Shown here piece by piece: positions 61,537 through 64,000 of a stretch of DNA of 64,000 nucleotides. Numbering within the stretch: position 1 is the first letter of the stretch; each line of letters starts with the position of its first letter. The stretch lies in contig JAXDHJ010000045.1 in NCBI GenBank assembly GCA_034664565.1, forward strand, positions 22,816 to 86,815, written 5' to 3'. The notes below the pieces were generated by a model. It saw nothing but the letters and a program-made list of their open reading frames with translations. It had not been told where the DNA came from and did not search any database. The position numbers and the translations under genes were made by a program. The DNA is from Solirubrobacteraceae bacterium (GTDB lineage Bacteria > Actinomycetota > Thermoleophilia > Solirubrobacterales > Solirubrobacteraceae).

Positions 61537-62507
61537 GCCAGCTGGGCCTCCGCCGCCGAGCGCCCGGCCGCGTCGGCCGAGTCCGGCGGATCGCCACCGC
61601 CGCCCGGTCGCCGGACCCCGGCGAGGAGCTCGTAGAGGACGGCCATGCGCACCACCACCCCCGCCCGCACCTGGTCGCCGATCAGGGCCTGGGGCGAGTC
61701 GGCGACGTCGCTCGAGAGCTCGACCCCGCGGTTGACCGGACCCGGGTGCATGACCACCTGGCGCGAGTTCAGCCGCTCGGAGTTGATCTGGTAGCAGGAG
61801 GTGTACTCGTGCAGCGAGGGGACGTAGTCCTCGCGCATGCGCTCGTTCTGCATGCGCAGGGCGTAGATCACGTCGGCCTGGCCGATGTCCTCGAGGTCGT
61901 AGCGCACCTCGCAGCCCAGCGATTCGATCCCCGCCGGGATCAGGGTCGGCGGCCCGCACACGGTGACCGCGGCGCCCATCTGGGTGAAGGCGAGGATGTC
62001 CGAGCGGGCGACCCGGGAGTGGAGGACGTCGCCGACGATCCAGATCCGCCGCCCGTCGAGGGGTCCGATCCGGCGGGTCAGGGTGTAGACGTCGAGCAGG
62101 GCCTGGGTCGGGTGCTCGTGGGTCCCGTCACCGGCGTTGATCACCGCCGCCGTCGTCCACGTCGAGACCAGCGCGGCGGCGCCGACGTGGGGCGAGCGGA
62201 TGACGAGGGCGTCGGGGCCGTAGGAGGCCAGGGTGGCCACCGTGTCCTTGAGCGACTCGCCCTTCTCCACCGAGGATCCCGAGGCGGCGAAGTTGAGCAC
62301 GTCGGCCGAGAGCCGCTTGGCCGCCAGCTCGAACGAGGAGCGCGTCCGGGTCGAGGCCTCGTAGAACAGGTTGATGACCAGGCGCCCGCGCAGGGCCGGG
62401 ACCTTCTTGATCTCCCGGTCGGAGACCTCGGCGAACGACGCCGCGCGGTCGAGCAGCCGCTCGATCCGGTCGCGGTCGAGCTGCTCGATGGACAGCAGGT
62501 GGTTCAT
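61533..62507 (-). CDS. pyrB: aspartate carbamoyltransferase catalytic subunit
   Basis: FYEASTRTRSSFE, HPTQALLD, HPGPVNRG. Confidence 0.96.
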   Translation of the reverse strand: MNHLLSIEQLDRDRIERLLDRAASFAEVSDREIKKVPALRGRLVINLFYEASTRTRSSFELAAKRLSADVLNFAASGSSVEKGESLKDTVATLASYGPDALVIRSPHVGAAALVSTWTTAAVINAGDGTHEHPTQALLDVYTLTRRIGPLDGRRIWIVGDVLHSRVARSDILAFTQMGAAVTVCGPPTLIPAGIESLGCEVRYDLEDIGQADVIYALRMQNERMREDYVPSLHEYTSCYQINSERLNSRQVVMHPGPVNRGVELSSDVADSPQALIGDQVRAGVVVRMAVLYELLAGVRRPGGGGDPPDSADAAGRSAAEAQLA

Positions 62508-63053
62508 CTAGCTCCTTCCGGGGATGGCGATGGCGATCTGATCGACGCCGTCGAGCTCGACGACGCGTACGTTGACCCGCTCGCTGCGGGCGGTCGGCAG
62601 GTTCTTGCCGACGTAGTCGGGGCGGATCGGCAGCTCCCGGTGTCCGCGGTCGACGAGCACCGCCAGCTGGACGCGGGCCGGTCGGCCGTAGTCGAACAGG
62701 GCGTCGATCGCCGCCCGGACCGTGCGTCCGGTGAAGAGGACGTCGTCGACGATGACCACCGTCCGCCCGTCGATGCGGAAGTCGAGGTTCGAGGCGTTGA
62801 CCACCGGCGCCTCGGGACGGGTGGCGACGTCGTCGCGGTAGAAGGAGATGTCGAGGTCGCCGAGCGGCGTCGGCGCCTCCAGCAGGTCGCTGACCAGGCC
62901 CCGCAGCCGGGTGGCCAGGGGCGCCCCGCGGCGGTGGATCCCCACCAGGGCCGGCGGCTCGCCCGGGTGGTTCTTCTCGGCGATCTCGTGGGCGATGCGG
63001 GTCAGCGCCCGCCGGATGCCGTCGGCGTCGAGGACGACCTTCTCGGTGCTCAT
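62508..63053 (-). CDS. pyrR: bifunctional pyr operon regulator / uracil phosphoribosyltransferase
   Basis: 181 aa with the PRPP-binding loop [13 protein letters not shown], directly upstream of pyrB. Confidence 0.93.
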   Translation of the reverse strand: MSTEKVVLDADGIRRALTRIAHEIAEKNHPGEPPALVGIHRRGAPLATRLRGLVSDLLEAPTPLGDLDISFYRDDVATRPEAPVVNASNLDFRIDGRTVVIVDDVLFTGRTVRAAIDALFDYGRPARVQLAVLVDRGHRELPIRPDYVGKNLPTARSERVNVRVVELDGVDQIAIAIPGRS

Positions 63054-63088
63054 GGTTCCTTCCTGGTCTCACCGGACCCGGTTAAAGG
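63054..63088 (-). promoter_or_regulatory. PyrR-binding-loop-like RNA hairpin overlapping the pyrR Shine-Dalgarno
   Basis: The minus strand reads CCUUUAACCGGGUCCGGUGAGACCAGGAAGGAACC-AUG. It resembles the UUUAA..UCCAGAGAGG..AAGG PyrR binding consensus. The stem CCGGGUC/GACCAGG has one mismatch. Confidence 0.5.
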
Positions 63089-63337
63089 ACGTCTCGACTG
63101 TAGCAGCGGCCTCCGACGGCTCGCCCGCCGGCCGACGGCTCACTCGAACATCCGTCGAGGCGGCTCACCGCCGGCTCAAGCCCGGCCGATGACCTGTCGA
63201 TGGGGCAGCTTCACCCGCGCGCCCGGCAGATCACCCTCGACGTCCAGATCAGCGATCCGGCCACCGGCGCCGCCCAGCAGCTCCAGGGCCACACCACCGT
63301 GGCCTGACGCCGGGCGGCGATCGGCGAGGATGGCCGG

Positions 63338-63991
63338 GTGCATGGCGTGGACCTGGTCATCTTCGACTGCGACGGCGTCCTCGTCGACAGCGAGCCGATC
63401 TCCGCCCGGGTTCTCGCCGCCGCGCTCTGCGCCGAGGGGCTACCCACCACCGAGCACGAGGCCCGCCGCCGCTACCAGGGCCTCCAGCTGCCCGAGATGG
63501 TCGAGCGCATCGAGGCCGAGCTCGGCCGCGGCCTCCCCGCCGACTGGCTGACCGCCTTCAGGGAGCGCCGGGCCGAGGTCTTCCGCCGCGCGCTGCGGGC
63601 GGTGCCCGGGGCTCGCGGCGCCGTCGAGCGCATCGCCGGGGCCGGCGTCCAGGTCTGCGTGGCCTCGCAGGCCGGCCTCGAGAAGACCCGGCTCTCGCTC
63701 GGCCTCACCGGGCTCGCCCCCCTCTTCCCCGACGGCGCCCTGTTCTCGGCGGCGCTGGTCGCGCGGGGGAAGCCCCATCCCGACCTCTTCCTCCACGCCG
63801 CCGCCCACCTCGGGGTGGCGCCGGCCCGCTGCGTGGTCGTCGAGGACAGCCCGTCGGGGGTGGCGGCGGCGATCAGCGCCGGCATGCGCGTCTTCGCCTA
63901 CACCGCCGACCCGGCCGGCCCCCCGCTCCTCGACCCCGCCGCCGAGCCGCTGGGCGCCCTGAGCGAGCTCCCCGGCCGGCTGGGGATCTGA
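63338..63991 (+). CDS. HAD-superfamily hydrolase (beta-phosphoglucomutase-like subfamily)
   Basis: DLVIFDCDGVLVDSE motif I, a VASQ motif II region, and GKPHPD...VVEDSPSGV motifs III/IV. Confidence 0.85.
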   Translation: MHGVDLVIFDCDGVLVDSEPISARVLAAALCAEGLPTTEHEARRRYQGLQLPEMVERIEAELGRGLPADWLTAFRERRAEVFRRALRAVPGARGAVERIAGAGVQVCVASQAGLEKTRLSLGLTGLAPLFPDGALFSAALVARGKPHPDLFLHAAAHLGVAPARCVVVEDSPSGVAAAISAGMRVFAYTADPAGPPLLDPAAEPLGALSELPGRLGI

Positions 63992-64000
63992 GCGAGAGCC

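Noticed and set aside
63104-63307. Open frame upstream of the HAD gene ending ...RQITLDVQISDPATGAAQQLQGHTTVA, with the first canonical start at ATG 63200 (35 aa).
   Set aside because: It is too short, has no motif and no convincing RBS. It may be a remnant or a chance open frame in the pyrR/HAD divergent intergenic region.
59740-63551. Plus ORFs 59740-61635 and 61746-63551.
   Set aside because: They are antisense to the glutaredoxin-like gene, pyrC, pyrB and pyrR, all of which have diagnostic motifs.
1-64000. Scan for rRNA, tRNA, tmRNA/RNase P/SRP RNA signatures, CRISPR repeat arrays, transposases, integrases and prophage genes.
   Set aside because: None were recognised by eye. The intergenic regions are short apart from those discussed, and no regularly spaced direct repeats were seen. 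A computational scan (tRNAscan, Infernal/Rfam, CRISPR finders) would be needed to exclude small RNAs.

Overview
This is a very GC-rich, densely coding chromosomal segment of actinobacterial type: third codon positions are almost always G/C, and long shadow ORFs occur on the opposite strand. I support about 65 protein genes. I found no rRNA, tRNA, CRISPR array, transposase or integrase.

Gene order, left to right:
- rpe, a Zn-ribbon gene, rsmB, fmt, def and priA (all minus strand).
- An FkbM-type methyltransferase.
- A three-gene signalling module: REC/thioredoxin-reductase-like protein, cNMP-binding histidine kinase and a UBP-type zinc finger.
- der, cmk, aroA, tyrA and DAHP synthase, then an S53 sedolisin, then hisC and aroH.
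- rluB, rlmN, an AlkA-like glycosylase, scpB, scpA and trpS.
- A DUF2079 membrane protein.
- gcvPB, gcvPA, gcvH and gcvT lying directly downstream of a truncated dcw cluster (ftsW-murG-murC-murB-ftsQ-ftsZ).
- A less conserved stretch at about 39-57 kb. It holds a LysM protein, a cytochrome c lipoprotein, a secreted HNH-like nuclease, a PLD-family protein, a DUF1206-like protein, an SGNH hydrolase, small ORFs, a secreted Gly/Phe-tailed protein, an ECF sigma factor fused to a membrane anchor, moeA, a His-rich paralog pair, DUF2630, an orphan PqqD-like gene, and a membrane protein/P-loop kinase/trHbO/class V aminotransferase operon.
- An MFS transporter, a deacetylase lipoprotein, two glutaredoxin-like paralogs, and pyrR-pyrB-pyrC with a PyrR-type leader.

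The most interesting signals are:
- the uncharacterised REC-TrxR-like/cNMP-HK/zf-UBP module;
- a roughly 100-nt conserved element duplicated upstream of two secreted-protein genes, one of which lies immediately upstream of an anchored ECF sigma gene;
- an orphan PqqD-like (RiPP recognition element) gene with an odd 5' end;
- a His-rich paralog pair behind a strikingly AT-rich repeat operator;
- recurring evidence for non-canonical (CTG/ATA) starts at xTGA gene junctions.

All calls come from reading the sequence and ORF translations only. No database search was run.
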